DNA of 64,000 nt. It comes from Auanema rhodensis (lineage: Eukaryota; Animalia; Nematoda). Shown here in pieces: positions 26,701-42,232 of the stretch. The DNA lies in assembly GCA_964057225.1 (NCBI GenBank), contig OZ059894.1, forward strand, positions 558,001-622,000, in the 5' to 3' direction. The notes beneath the pieces were generated by a model. That model was not told the origin of the DNA, ran no database searches, and was given only the letters and a program-made list of their open reading frames with translations. Within the stretch, counting starts at the first letter, position 1; each line of letters begins with the position of its first letter. The translations under genes and the position numbers were made by a program.

Positions 26701-28684
26701 AATATCAATAAAAATTTGTTTTTAGACTAATTTGGACATGGGGAATCTAATTTTGAAAACCGCATCTCTTTATCTTTCACGTGAAGCAAGTTACATACCA
26801 AGTGCACATCACGTGTACATTTAATTAGCATAATTTAAAGTTCACGTAAATTTCAAAGTCATGGTTACCATGCACCAATATCAATAAAAATTTGTTTTTA
26901 GACTAATATGGACATGGGGAATCTAATTTTGAAAACCGCATCTCTTTATCTTTCACGTGAAGCGAGTTACATACCAAGTGCACATCACGTGTACATTTAA
27001 TTAGCATAAATTAAAGTTCACGTAAATTTCAAAGTCATGGTTACCATGCACCAATATCAATAAAAATTTGTTTTTAGACTAATATGGACATGGGGAATCT
27101 AATTTTAAAAACCGCATCTCTTTATCTTTCACGTGAAGCGAGTTACATACCAAGTGCTCATCACGTGTACATTTAATTAGCATAAATTGAAGTTCACGTA
27201 AATTTCAAAGTCATGGTTACCATGCACCAATATCAATAACAATTTGTTTTTGGACTAATATGGACATGGGGAATCTAATTTTGAAAACCGCATCTCTTTA
27301 TCTTTCACGTGAAGCGAGTTACATACCAAGTGCACATCACGTGTACATTTAATTAGCATAAATTAAAGTTCACGTAAATTTCAAAGTCATGGTTACCATG
27401 CACCAATATCAATAAAAATTTGTTTTTAGACTAATATGGACATGGGGAATCTAATTTTGAAAACCGCATCTCTTTATCTTTCACGTGAAGCTAGTTACAT
27501 ACCAAGTGCACATCACGTGTACATTTAATTAGCATAAATTGAAGTTCACGTAAATTTCAAAGTCATGGTTACCATGAACCAATATCAATAAAAATTTGTT
27601 TTTAGACTAATATGGACATGGGGAATCTAATTTTGAAAACCGCATCTCTTTATCTTTCACGTGAAGCAAGTTACATACCAAGTGCACATCACGTGTACAT
27701 TTAATTAGCATAAATTAAAGTTCACGTAAATTTCAAAGTCATGGTTACCATGAACCAATATCAATAAAAATTTGTTTTTAGACTAATATGGACATGGGGA
27801 ATCTAATTTTGAAAACCGCATCTCTTTATCTTTCACGTGAAGCAAGTTACATACAAAGTGCACATCACGTGTACATTTAATTAGCATAAATTAAAGTTCA
27901 CGTAAATTTCAAAGTCATGGTTACCATGCACCAATATCGATAAAAATTTGTTTTTAGACTAATATGGACATGGGGAATCTAATTTTGAAAATCGCATCTC
28001 TTTATCTTTCACGTGAAGCGAGTTACATACCAAGTGCACATCACGTGTACATTTAATTAGCATAAATTAAAGTTCACGTAAATTTCAAAGTCATGGCTAC
28101 CATGAACCAATATCAATAAAAATTTGTTTTTAGACTAATATGGACATGGGGAATCTAATTTTGAAAACCGCATCTCTTTATCTTTCACGTGAAGCGAGTT
28201 ACATACCAAGTGCACATCACGTGTACATTTAATTAGCATAAATTAAAGTTCACGTAAATTTCAAAGTCATGGTTACCATGCACCAATATCAATAAAAATT
28301 TGTTTTTAGACTAATATGGACATGGGGAATCTAATTTTGAAAACCGCATCGCTTTATCTTTCACGTGAAGCGAGTTACATACCAAGTGCACATCACGTGT
28401 ACATTTAATTAGCATAAATTAAAATTCACGTAATTTTCAAAGACATGGTTACCATGAACCAATATCAATAAAAATTTGTTTTTAGACTAATATGGACATG
28501 GGGAATCTAATTTTGAAAACCGCATCTCTTTATCTTTCACGTGGAGCAAGTTACATACCAAGTGCACATCACGTGTACATTTAATTAGCATAAATTAAAG
28601 TTCACGTAAATTTCAAAGTCATGGTTACCATGCACCAATATCAATAAAAATTTGTTTTTAGACTAATATGGACATGGGGAATAT
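17776..28684. repeat. Three related 20/21-monomer higher-order units (3519, 3695 and 3695 bp)
   Basis: A 175-bp marker monomer starts at 17776, 21295, 24990 and 28685. Each unit has a triplet of CGTCTAC monomers. CTAATTTGG occurs at 19518/23037/26732 and GGCTACC at 24402/28097. Confidence 0.85.
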
Positions 28685-30618
28685 AATTTTGAAAACCGCA
28701 TCTCTTTATCTTTCACGTGAAGCTAGTTACATACCAAGTGCACATCACGTGTACATTTAATTAGCATAAATTGAAGTTCACGTAAATTTCAAAGTCATGG
28801 TTACCATGCACCAATATCAATAACAATTTGTTTTAGACTAATATGGACATGGGGAATCTAATTTTGAAAACCGCATCTCTTTATCTCTCACGTGAAGCGA
28901 GTTACATACCAAGTGCACATCACGTGTACATTTAATTAGCATAAATTAAAGTTCACGTAAATTTCAAAGTCATGGTTACCATGAACCAATATCAATAAAA
29001 ATTTGTTTTTAGACTAATATGGACATGGGGAATCTAATTTTGAAAACCGCATCTCTTTATCTTTCACGTGAAGCAAGTTACATACCAAGTGCACATCACG
29101 TCTACATTTAATTAGCATAAATTAAAGTTCACGTAAATTTCAAAGTCATGGTTACCATGCACCAATATCAATAAAAATTTGTTTTTAGACTAATATGGAC
29201 ATGGGGAATCTAATTTTGAAAACCGCATCTCTTTATCTTTCACGTGAAGCAAGTTACATACAAAGTGCACATCACGTGTACATTTAATTAGCATAAATTA
29301 AAGTTCACGTAAATTTCAAAGTCATGGTTACCATGCACCAATATCGATAAAAATTTGTTTTTAGACTAATATGGACATGGGGAATCTAATTTTGAAAATC
29401 GCATCTCTTTATCTTTCACGTGAAGCGAGTTACATACCAAGTGCACATCACGTGTACATTTAATTAGCATAAATTAAAGTTCACGTAAATTTCAAAGTCA
29501 TGGCTACCATGAACCAATATCAATAAAAATTTGTTTTTAGACTAATATGGACATGGGGAATCTAATTTTGAAAACCGCATCTCTTTATCTTTCACGTGAA
29601 GCGAGTTACATACCAAGTGCACATCACGTGTACATTTAATTAGCATAAATTAAAGTTCACGTAAATTTCAAAGTCATGGTTACCATGCACCAATATCAAT
29701 AAAAATTTGTTTTTAGACTAATATGGACATGGGGAATCTAATTTTGAAAACCGCATCGCTTTATCTTTCACGTGAAGCGAGTTACATACCAAGTGCACAT
29801 CACGTGTACATTTAATTAGCATAAATTAAAATTCACGTAATTTTCAAAGACATGGTTACCATGAACCAATATCAATAAAAATTTGTTTTTAGACTAATAT
29901 GGACATGGGGAATCTAATTTTGAAAACCGCATCTCTTTATCTTTCACGTGGAGCAAGTTACATACCAAGTGCACATCACGTGTACATTTAATTAGCATAA
30001 ATTAAAGTTCACGTAAATTTCAAAGTCATGGTTACCATGCACCAATATCAATAAAAATTTGTTTTTAGACTAATATGGACATGGGGAATATAATTTTGAA
30101 AACCGCATCTCTTTATCTTTCACGTGAAGCTAGTTACATACCAAGTGCACATCACGTGTACATTTAATTAGCATAAATTGAAGTTCACGTAAATTTCAAA
30201 GTCATGGTTACCATGCACCAATATCAATAACAATTTGTTTTAGACTAATATGGACATGGGGAATCTAATTTTGAAAACCGCATCTCTTTATCTCTCACGT
30301 GAAGCGAGTTACATACCAAGTGCACATCACGTGTACATTTAATTAGCATAAATTAAAGTTCACGTAAATTTCAAAGTCATGGTTACCATGAACCAATATC
30401 AATAAAAATTTGTTTTTAGACTAATATGGACATGGGGAATCTAATTTTGAAAACCGCATCTCTTTATCTTTCACGTGAAGCAAGTTACATACCAAGTGCA
30501 CATCACGTCTACATTTAATTAGCATAAATTAAAGTTCACGTAAATTTCAAAGTCATGGTTACCATGCACCAATATCAATAAAAATTTGTTTTTAGACTAA
30601 TATGGACATGGGGAATCT
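27805..30618. repeat. 8-monomer (1407-bp) tandem duplication
   Basis: GGCTACC 28097/29504, ATCGCTT 28351/29758, GAATAT 28683/30090, and the 175-bp monomer at 28685/30092. Confidence 0.85.
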
Positions 30619-33600
30619 AATTTTGAAAACCGCATCTCTTTATCTTTCACGTGAAGCAAGTTACATACCAAGTGCACATCACGTCTACATTTAATTAGCA
30701 TAAATTAAAGTTCACGTAAATTTCAAAGTCATGGTTACCATGCACCAATATCAATAAAAATTTGTTTTTAGACTAATATGGACATGGGGAATCTAATTTT
30801 GAAAACCGCATCTCTTTATCTTTCACGTGAAGCGAGTTACATACCAAGTGCACATCACGTGTACATTTAATTAGCATAAATTAAAGTTCACGTAAATTTC
30901 AAAGTCATGGTTACCATGAACCAATATCAATAAAAATTTGTTTTTAGACTAATATGGACATGGGGAATCTAATTTTGAAAACCGCATCTCTTTATCTTTC
31001 ACGTGAAGCAAGTTGCATACCAAGTGCACATCACGTGTACATTTAATTAGCATAAATTAAAGTTCACGTAAATTTCAAAGTCATGGTTACCATGAACCAA
31101 TATCAATAAAAATTTGTTTTTAGACTAATATGGACATGGGGAATCTAATTTTGAAAACCGCATCTCTTTATCTTTCACGTGAAGCAAGTTACATACAAAG
31201 TGCACATCACGTGTACATTTAATTAGCATAAATTAAAGTTCACGTAAATTTCAAAGTCATGGTTACCATGCACCAATATCGATAAAAATTTGTTTTTAGA
31301 CTAATATGGACATGGGGAATCTAATTTTGAAAATCGCATCTCTTTATCTTTCACGTGAAGCGAGTTACATACCAAGTGCACATCACGTGTACATTTAATT
31401 AGCATAAATTAAAGTTCACGTAAATTTCAAAGTCATGGTTACCATGAACCAATATCAATAAAAATTTGTTTTTAGACTAATATGGACATGGGGAATCTAA
31501 TTTTGAAAACCGCATCTCTTTATCTTTCACGTGAAGCGAGTTACATACCAAGTGCACATCACGTGTACATTTAATTAGCATAAATTAAAGTTCACGTAAA
31601 ATTCAAAGTCATGGTTACCATGCACCAATATCAATAAAAATTTGTTTTTAGACTAATATGGACATGGGGAATCTAATTTTGAAAACCGCATCTCTTTATC
31701 TTTCACGTGAAGCTAGTTACATACCAAGTGCACATCACGTGTACATTTAATTAGCATAAATTGAAGTTCACGTAAATTTCAAAGTCATGGTTACCATGCA
31801 CCAATATCAATAACAATTTGTTTTAGACTAATATGGACATGGGGAATCTAATTTTGAAAACCGCATCTCTTTATCTCTCACGTGAAGCGAGTTACATACC
31901 AAGTGCACATCACGTGTACATTTAATTAGCATAAATTAAAGTTCACGTAAATTTCAAAGTCATGGTTACCATGAACCAATATCAATAAAAATTTGTTTTT
32001 AGACTAATATGGACATGGGGAATCTAATTTTGAAAACCGCATCTCTTTATCTTTCACGTGAAGCAAGTTACATACCAAGTGCACATCACGTCTCCATTTA
32101 ATTAGCATAAATTAAAGTTCACGTAAATTTCAAAGTCATGGTTACCATGCACCAATATCAATAAAAATTTGTTTTTAGACTAATATGGACATGGGGAATC
32201 TAATTTTGAAAACCGCATCTCTTTATCTTTCACGTGAAGCGAGTTACATACCAAGTGCACATCACGTGTACATTTAATTAGCATAAATTAAAGTTCACGT
32301 AAATTTCAAAGTCATGGTTACCATGAACCAATATCAATAAAAATTTGTTTTTAGACTAATATGGACATGGGGAATCTAATTTTGAAAACCGCATCTCTTT
32401 ATCTCTCACGTGAAGCGAGTTACATACCAAGTGCACATCACGTGTACATTTAATTAGCATAAATTAAAGTTCACGTAAATTTCAAAGTCATGGTTACCAT
32501 GAACCAATATCAATAAAAATTTGTTTTTAGACTAATATGGACATGGGGAATCTAATTTTGAAAACCGCATCTCTTTATCTTTCACGTGAAGCAAGTTACA
32601 TACAAAGTGCACATCACGTGTACATTTAATTAGCATAAATTAAAGTTCACGTAAATTTCAAAGTCATGGTTACCATGCACCAATATCGATAAAAATTTGT
32701 TTTTAGACTAATATGGACATGGGGAATCTAATTTTGAAAATCGCATCTCTTTATCTTTCACGTGAAGCGAGTTACATACCAAGTGCACATCCCGTGTACA
32801 TTTAATTAGCATAAATTAAAGTTCACGTAAATTTCAAAGTCATGGTTACCATGAACCAATATCAATAAAAATTTGTTTTTAGACTAATATGGACATGGGG
32901 AATCTAATTTTGAAAACCGCATCTCTTTATCTTTCACGTGAAGCGAGTTACATACCAAGTGCACATCACGTGTACATTTAATTAGCATAAATTAAAGTTC
33001 ACGTAAATTTCAAAGTCATGGTTACCATGCACCAATATCAATAAAAATTTGTTTTTAGACTAATATGGACATGGGGAATCTAATTTTGAAAACCGCATCT
33101 CTTTATCTTTCACGTGAAGCGAGTTACATACCAAGTGCACATCACGTGTACATTTAATTAGCATAAATTAAAGTTCACGTAATTTTCAAAGACATGGTTA
33201 CCATGAACCAATATCAATAAAAATTTGTTTTTAGACTAATATGGACATGGGGAATCTAATTTTGAAAACCGCATCTCTTTATCTTTCACGTGAAGCGAGC
33301 TACATACCAAGTGCACATCACGTGTACATTTAATTAGCATAAATTAAAGTTCACGTAAATTTCAAAGTCATGGTTACCATGAACCAATATCAATAAAAAT
33401 TTGTTTTTAGACTAATATGGACATGGGGAATCTAATTTTGAAAACCGCATCTCTTTATCTTTCACGTGAAGCGAGTTACATACCAAGTGCACATCACGTG
33501 TACATTTAATTAGCATAAATTGAAGTTCACGTAAATTTCAAAGTCATGGTTACCATGCACCAATATCAATAACAATTTGTTTTTAGACTAATATGGACAT

Positions 33601-36600
33601 GGGGAATCTAATTTTGAAAACCGCATCTCTTTATCTTTCACGTGAAGCGAGTTACATACCAAGTGCACATCACGTGTACATTTAATTAGCATAAATTAAA
33701 GTTCACGTAAATTTCAAAGTCATGGTTACCATGCACCAATATCAATAAAAATTTGTTTTTAGACTAATATGGACATGGGGAATCTAATTTTAAAAACCGC
33801 ATCTCTTTATCTTTCCCGTGAAGCGAGTTACATACCAAGTGCTCATCACGTGTACATTTAATTAGCATAAATTAAAGTTCACGTAATTTTCAAAGACATG
33901 GTTACCATGAACCAATATCAATAAAAATTTGTTTTTAGACTAATATGGACATGGGGAATCTAATTTTGAAAACCGCATCTCTTTATCTTTCACGTGGAGC
34001 AAGTTACATACCAAGTGCACATCACGTGTACATTTAATTAGCATAAATTAAAGTTCACGTAAATTTCAAAGTCATGGTTACCATGCACCAATATCAATAA
34101 AAATTTGTTTTTAGACTAATATGGACATGGGGAATCTAATTTTGAAAACCGCATCTCTTTATCTTTCACGTGAAGCTAGTTACATACCAAGTGCACATCA
34201 CGTGTACATTTAATTAGCATAAATTGAAGTTCACGTAAATTTCAAAGTCATGGTTACCATGCACCAATATCAATAACAATTTGTTTTAGACTAATATGGA
34301 CATGGGGAATCTAATTTTGAAAACCGCATCTCTTTATCTTTCACGTGAAGCGAGTTACATACCAAGTGCACATCACGTGTACATTTAATTAGCATAAATT
34401 AAAGTTCACGTAAATTTCAAAGTCATGGTTACCATGAACCAATATCAATAAAAATTTGTTTTTAGACTAATATGGACATGGGGAATCTAATTTTGAAAAC
34501 CGCATCTCTTTATCTTTCACGTGAAGCAAGTTACATACCAAGTGCACATCACGTGTACATTTAATTAGCATAAATTAAAGTTCACGTAAATTTCAAAGTC
34601 ATGGTTACCGTGAACCAATATCAATAAAAATTTGTTTTTAGACTAATATGGACATGGGGAATCTAATTTTGAAAACCGCATCTCTTTATCTTTCACGTGA
34701 AGCAAGTTACATACAAAGTGCACATCACGTGTACATTTAATTAGCATAAATTAAAGTTCACGTAAATTTCAAAGTCATGGTTACCATGCACCAATATCGA
34801 TAAAAATTTGTTTTTAGACTAATATGGACATGGGGAATCTAATTTTGAAAATCGCATCTCTTTATCTTTCACGTGAAGCGAGTTACATACCAAGTGCACA
34901 TCACGTGTACATTTAATTAGCATAAATTAAAGTTCACGTAATTTTCAAAGACATGGTTACCATGAACCAATATCAATAAAAATTTGTTTTTAGACTAATA
35001 TGGACATGGGGAATCTAATTTTGAAAACCGCATCTCTTTATCTTTCACGTGGAGCAAGTTACATACCAAGTGCACATCACGTGTACATTTAATTAGCATA
35101 AATTAAAGTTCACGTAAATTTCAAAGTCATGGTTACCATGCACCAATATCAATAAAAATTTGTTTTTAGACTAATATGGACATGGGGAATCTAATTTTGA
35201 AAACCGCATCTCTTTATCTTTCACGTGAAGCTAGTTACATACCAAGTGCACATCACGTGTACATTTAATTAGCATAAATTGAAGTTCACGTAAATTTCAA
35301 AGTCATGGTTACCATGCACCAATATCAATAACAATTTGTTTTAGACTAATATAGACATGGGGAATCTAATTTTGAAAACCGCATCTCTTTATCTTTCACG
35401 TGAAGCGAGTTACATACCAAGTGCACATCACGTGTACATTTAATTAGCATAAATTAAAGTTCACGTAAATTTCAAAGTCATGGTTACCATGAACCAATAT
35501 CAATAAAAATTTGTTTTTAGACTAATATGGACATGGGGAATCTAATTTTGAAAACCGCATCTCTTTATCTTTCACGTGAAGCAAGTTACATACCAAGTGC
35601 ACATCACGTGTACATTTAATTAGCATAAATTAAAGTTCACGTAAATTTCAAAGTCATGGTTACCATGCACCAATATCAATAACAATTTGTTTTTAGACTA
35701 ATATGGACATGGGGAATCTAATTTTGAAAACCGCATCTCTTTATCTTTCACGTGAAGCGAGTTACATACCAAGTGCACATCACGTGTACATTTAATTAGC
35801 ATAAATTAAAGTTCACGTAAATTTCAAAGTCATGGTTACCATGCACCAATATCAATAAAAATTTGTTTTTAGACTAATATGGACATGGGGAATCTAATTT
35901 TAAAAACCGCATCTCTTTATCTTTCACGTGAAGCGAGTTACATACCAAGTGCTCATCACGTGTACATTTAATTAGCATAAATTAAAGTTCACGTAATTTT
36001 CAAAGACATGGTTACCATGCACCAATATCGATAAAAATTTGTTTTTAGACTAATATGGACATGGGGAATCTAATTTTGAAAATCGCATCTCTTTATCTTT
36101 CACGTGAAGCGAGTTACATACCAAGTGCACATCACGTGTACATTTAATTAGCATAAATTAAAGTTCACGTAAATTTCAAAGTCATGGTTACCATGAACCA
36201 ATATCAATAAAAATTTGTTTTTAGACTAATATGGACATGGGGAATCTAATTTTGAAAACCGCATCTCTTTATCTTTCACGTGAAGCGAGTTACATACCAA
36301 GTGCACATCACGTGTACATTTAATTAGCATAAATTAAAGTTCACGTAAATTTCAAAGTCATGGTTACCATGCACCAATATCAATAAAAATTTGTTTTTAG
36401 ACTAATATGGACATGGGGAATCTAATTTTGAAAACCGCATCTCTTTATCTTTCACGTGAAGCGAGTTACATACCAAGTGCACATCACGTGTACATTTAAT
36501 TAGCATAAATTAAAGTTCACGTAATTTTCAAAGACATGGTTACCATGAACCAATATCAATAAAAATTTGTTTTTAGACTAATATGGACATGGGGAATCTA

Positions 36601-39600
36601 ATTTTGAAAACCGCATCTCTTTATCTTTCACGTGAAGCGAGCTACATACCAAGTGCACATCACGTGTACATTTAATTAGCATAAATTAAAGTTCACGTAA
36701 ATTTCAAAGTCATGGTTACCATGAACCAATATCAATAAAAATTTGTTTTTAGACTAATATGGACATGGGGAATCTAATTTTGAAAACCGCATCTCTTTAT
36801 CTTTCACGTGAAGCGAGTTACATACCAAGTGCACATCACGTGTACATTTAATTAGCATAAATTGAAGTTCACGTAAATTTCAAAGTCATGGTTACCATGC
36901 ACCAATATCAATAACAATTTGTTTTTAGACTAATATGGACATGGGGAATCTAATTTTGAAAACCGCATCTCTTTATCTTTCACGTGAAGCGAGTTACATA
37001 CCAAGTGCACATCACGTGTACATTTAATTAGCATAAATTAAAGTTCACGTAAATTTCAAAGTCATGGTTACCATGCACCAATATCAATAAAAATTTGTTT
37101 TTAGACTAATATGGACATGGGGAATCTAATTTTGAAAACCGCATCTCTTTATCTTTCACGTGAAGCGAGTTACATACCAAGTGCACATCACGTGTACATT
37201 TAATTAGCATAAATTAAAGTTCACGTAAATTTCAAAGTCATGGTTACCATGCACCAATATCAATAAAAATTTGTTTTTAGACTAATATGGACATGGGGAA
37301 TCTAATTTTGAAAACCGCATCTCTTTATCTTTCACGTGAAGCGAGTTACATACCAAGTGCACATCACGTGTACATTTAATTAGCATAAATTAAAGTTCAC
37401 GTAATTTTCAAAGACATGGTTACCATGAACCAATATCAATAAAAATTTGTTTTTAGACTAATATGGACATGGGGAATCTAATTTTGAAAACCGCATCTCT
37501 TTATCTTTCACGTGAAGCGAGCTACATACCAAGTGCACATCACGTGTACATTTAATTAGCATAAATTAAAGTTCACGTAAATTTCAAAGTCATGGTTACC
37601 ATGAACCAATATCAATAAAAATTTGTTTTTAGACTAATATGGACATGGGGAATCTAATTTTGAAAACCGCATCTCTTTATCTTTCACGTGAAGCGAGTTA
37701 CATACCAAGTGCACATCACGTGTACATTTAATTAGCATAAATTGAAGTTCACGTAAATTTCAAAGTCATGGTTACCATGCACCAATATCAATAACAATTT
37801 GTTTTTAGACTAATATGGACATGGGGAATCTAATTTTGAAAACCGCATCTCTTTATCTTTCACGTGAAGCGAGTTACATACCAAGTGCACATCACGTGTA
37901 CATTTAATTAGCATAAATTAAAGTTCACGTAAATTTCAAAGTCATGGTTACCATGCACCAATATCAATAAAAATTTGTTTTTAGACTAATATGGACATGG
38001 GGAATCTAATTTTAAAAACCGCATCTCTTTATCTTTCACGTGAAGCGAGTTACATACCAAGTGCTCATCACGTGTACATTTAATTAGCATAAATTAAAGT
38101 TCACGTAATTTTCAAAGACATGGTTACCATGAACCAATATCAATAAAAATTTGTTTTTAGACTAATATGGACATGGGGAATCTAATTTTGAAAACCACAT
38201 CTCTTTATCTTTCACGTGAAGCGAGTTACATACCAAGTGCACATCACGTGTACATTTAATTAGCATAAATTAAAGTTCACGTAAATTTCAAAGTCATGGT
38301 TACCATGAACCAATATCAATAAAAATTTGTTTTTAGACTAATATGGACATGGGGAATCTAATTTTGAGAACCGCATCTCTTTATCTTCCACGTGAAGCGA
38401 GTTACATACCAAGTGCACATCACGTGTACATTTAATTAGCATAAATTAAAGTTCACGTAATTTTCAAAGACATGGTTACCATGAACCAATATCAATAAAA
38501 ATTTGTTTTTAGACTAATATGGACATGGGGAATCTAATTTTGAAAACCGCATCTCTTTATCTTTCACGTGAAGCGAGTTACATACCAAGTGCACATCACG
38601 TGTACATTTAATTAGCATAAATTAAAGTTCACGTAAATTTCAAAGTCATGGTTACCATGAACCAATATCAATAAAAATTTGTTTTTAGACTAATATGGAC
38701 ATGGGGAATCTAATTTTGAAAACCGCATCTCTTTATCTTTCACGTGAAGCAAGTTACATACCAAGTGCACATCACGTGTACATTTAATTAGCATAAATTA
38801 AAGTTCACGTAAATTTCAAAGTCATGGTTACCGTGAACCAATATCAATAAAAATTTGTTTTTAGACTAATATGGACATGGGGAATCTAATTTTGAAAACC
38901 GCATCTCTTTATCTTTCACGTGAAGCAAGTTACATACAAAGTGCACATCAACGTGTACATTTAATTAGCATAAATTAAAGTTCACGTAAATTTCAAAGTC
39001 ATGGTTACCATGCACCAATATCGATAAAAATTTCTTTTTAGACTAATATGGACATGGGGAATCTAATTTTGAAAATCGCATCTCTTTATCTTTCACGTGA
39101 AGCGAGTTACATACCAAGTGCACATCACGTGTACATTTAATTAGCATAAATTAAAGTTCACGTAAATTTCAAAGTCATGGTTACCATGAACCAATATCAA
39201 TAAAAATTTGTTTTTAGACTAATATGGACATGGGGAATCTAATTTTGAAAACCGCATCTCTTTATCTTTCACGTGAAGCGAGTTACATACCAAGTGCACA
39301 TCACGTGTACATTTAATTAGCATAAATTAAAGTTCACGTAAATTTCAAAGTCATGGTTACCATGCACCAATATCAATAAAAATTTGTTTTTAGACTAATA
39401 TGGACATGGGGAATCTAATTTTGAAAACCGCATCTCTTTATCTTTCACGTGAAGCGAGTTACATACCAAGTGCACATCACGTGTACATTTAATTAGCATA
39501 AATTAAAGTTCACGTAATTTTCAAAGACATGGTTACCATGAACCAATATCAATAAAAATTTGTTTTTAGACTAATATGGACATGGGGAATCTAATTTTGA

Positions 39601-42232
39601 AAACCGCATCTCTTTATCTTTCACGTGAAGCGAGCTACATACCAAGTGCACATCACGTGTACATTTAATTAGCATAAATTAAAGTTCACGTAAATTTCAA
39701 AGTCATGGTTACCATGAACCAATATCAATAAAAATTTGTTTTTAGACTAATATGGACATGGGGAATCTAATTTTGAAAACCGCATCTCTTTATCTTTCAC
39801 GTGAAGCGAGCTACATACCAAGTGCACATCACGTGTACATTTAATTAGCATAAATTAAAGTTCACGTAAATTTCAAAGTCATGGTTACCATGAACCAATA
39901 TCAATAAAAATTTGTTTTTTGACTAATATGGACATGGGGAATCTAATTTTGAAAACCGCATCTCTTTATCTTTCACGTGAAGCGAGTTACATACCAAGTG
40001 CACATCACGTGTACATTTAATTAGCATAAATTAAAGTTCACGTAATTTTCAAAGACATGGTTACCATGAACCAATATCAATAAAAATTTGTTTTTAGACT
40101 AATATGGACATGGGGAATCTAATTTTGAAAACCGCATCTCTTTATCTTTCACGTGAAGCGAGTTACATACCAAGTGCACATCACGTGTACATTTAATTAG
40201 CATAAATTAAAGTTCACGTAATTTTCAAAGACATGGTTACCATGAACCAATATCAATAAAAATTTGTTTTTAGACTAATATGGACATGGGGAATCTAATT
40301 TTGAAAACCGCATCTCTTTATCTTTCACGTGAAGCGAGTTACATACCAAGTGCTCATCACGTGTACATTTAATTAGCATAAATTAAAGTTCACGTAATTT
40401 TCAAAGACATGGTTACCATGCACCAATATCGATAAAAATTTGTTTTTAGACTAATATGGACATGGGGAATCTAATTTTGAAAATCGCATCTCTTTATCTT
40501 TCACGTGAAGCGAGTTACATACCAAGTGCACATCACGTGTACATTTAATTAGCATAAATTAAAGTTCACGTAAATTTCAAAGTCATGGTTACCATGAACC
40601 AATATCAATAAAAATTTGTTTTTAGACTAATATGGACATGGGGAATCTAATTTTGAAAACCGCATCTCTTTATCTTTCACGTGAAGCGAGTTACATACCA
40701 AGTGCACATCACGTGTACATTTAATTAGCATAAATTAAAGTTCACGTAAATTTCAAAGTCATGGTTACCATGCACCAATATCAATAAAAATTTGTTTTTA
40801 GACTAATATGGACATGGGGAATCTAATTTTGAAAACCGCATCTCTTTATCTTTCACGTGAAGCGAGTTACATACCAAGTGCACATCACGTGTACATTTAA
40901 TTAGCATAAATTAAAGTTCACGTAATTTTCAAAGTCATGGTTACCATGAACCAATATCAATAAAAATTTGTTTTTAGACTAATATGGACATGGGGAATCT
41001 AATTTTGAAAACCGCATCTCTTTATATTTCACGTGGAGCAAGTTACATACCAAGTGCACATCACGTGTACATTTAATTAGCATAAATTGAAGTTCACGTA
41101 AATTTCAAAGTCATGGTTACCATCAACCAATATCAATAAAAATTTGTTTTTAGACTAATATGGACATGGGGAATCTAATTTTGAAAACCGCATCTCTTTA
41201 TCTTTCACGTGAAGCAAGTTACATACCAAGTGCACATCACGTGTACATTTAATTAGCATAAATTAAAGTTCACGTAAATTTCAAAGTCATGGTTACCGTG
41301 AACCAATATCAATAAAAATTTGTTTTTAGACTAATATGGACATGGGGAATCTAATTTTGAAAACCGCATCTCTTTATCTTTCACGTGAAGCAAGTTACAT
41401 ACAAAGTGCACATCACGTGTACATTTAATTAGCATAAATTAAAGTTCACGTAAATTTCAAAGTCATGGTTACCATGCACCAATATCGATAAAAATTTGTT
41501 TTTAGACTAATATGGACATGGGGAATCTAATTTTGAAAATCGCATCTCTTTATCTTTCACGTGAAGCGAGTTACATACCAAGTGCACATCACGTGTACAT
41601 TTAATTAGCATAAATTAAAGTTCACGTAAATTTCAAAGTCATGGTTACCATGAACCAATATCAATAAAAATTTGTTTTTAGACTAATATGGACATGGGGA
41701 ATCTAATTTTGAAAACCGCATCTCTTTATCTTTCACGTGAAGCGAGTTACATACCAAGTGCACATCACGTGTACATTTAATTAGCATAAATTAAAGTTCA
41801 CGTAAATTTCAAAGTCATGGTTACCATGCACCAATATCAATAAAAATTTGTTTTTAGACTAATATGGACATGGGGAATCTAATTTTGAAAACCGCATCTC
41901 TTTATCTTTCACGTGAAGCGAGTTACATACCAAGTGCACATCACGTGTACATTTAATTAGCATAAATTAAAGTTCACGTAATTTTCAAAGACATGGTTAC
42001 CATGAACCAATATCAATAAAAATTTGTTTTTAGACTAATATGGACATGGGGAATCTAATTTTGAAAACCGCATCTCTTTATCTTTCACGTGAAGCGAGCT
42101 ACATACCAAGTGCACATCACGTGTACATTTAATTAGCATAAATTAAAGTTCACGTAAATTTCAAAGTCATGGTTACCATGAACCAATATCAATAAAAATT
42201 TGTTTTTAGACTAATATGGACATGGGGAATCT

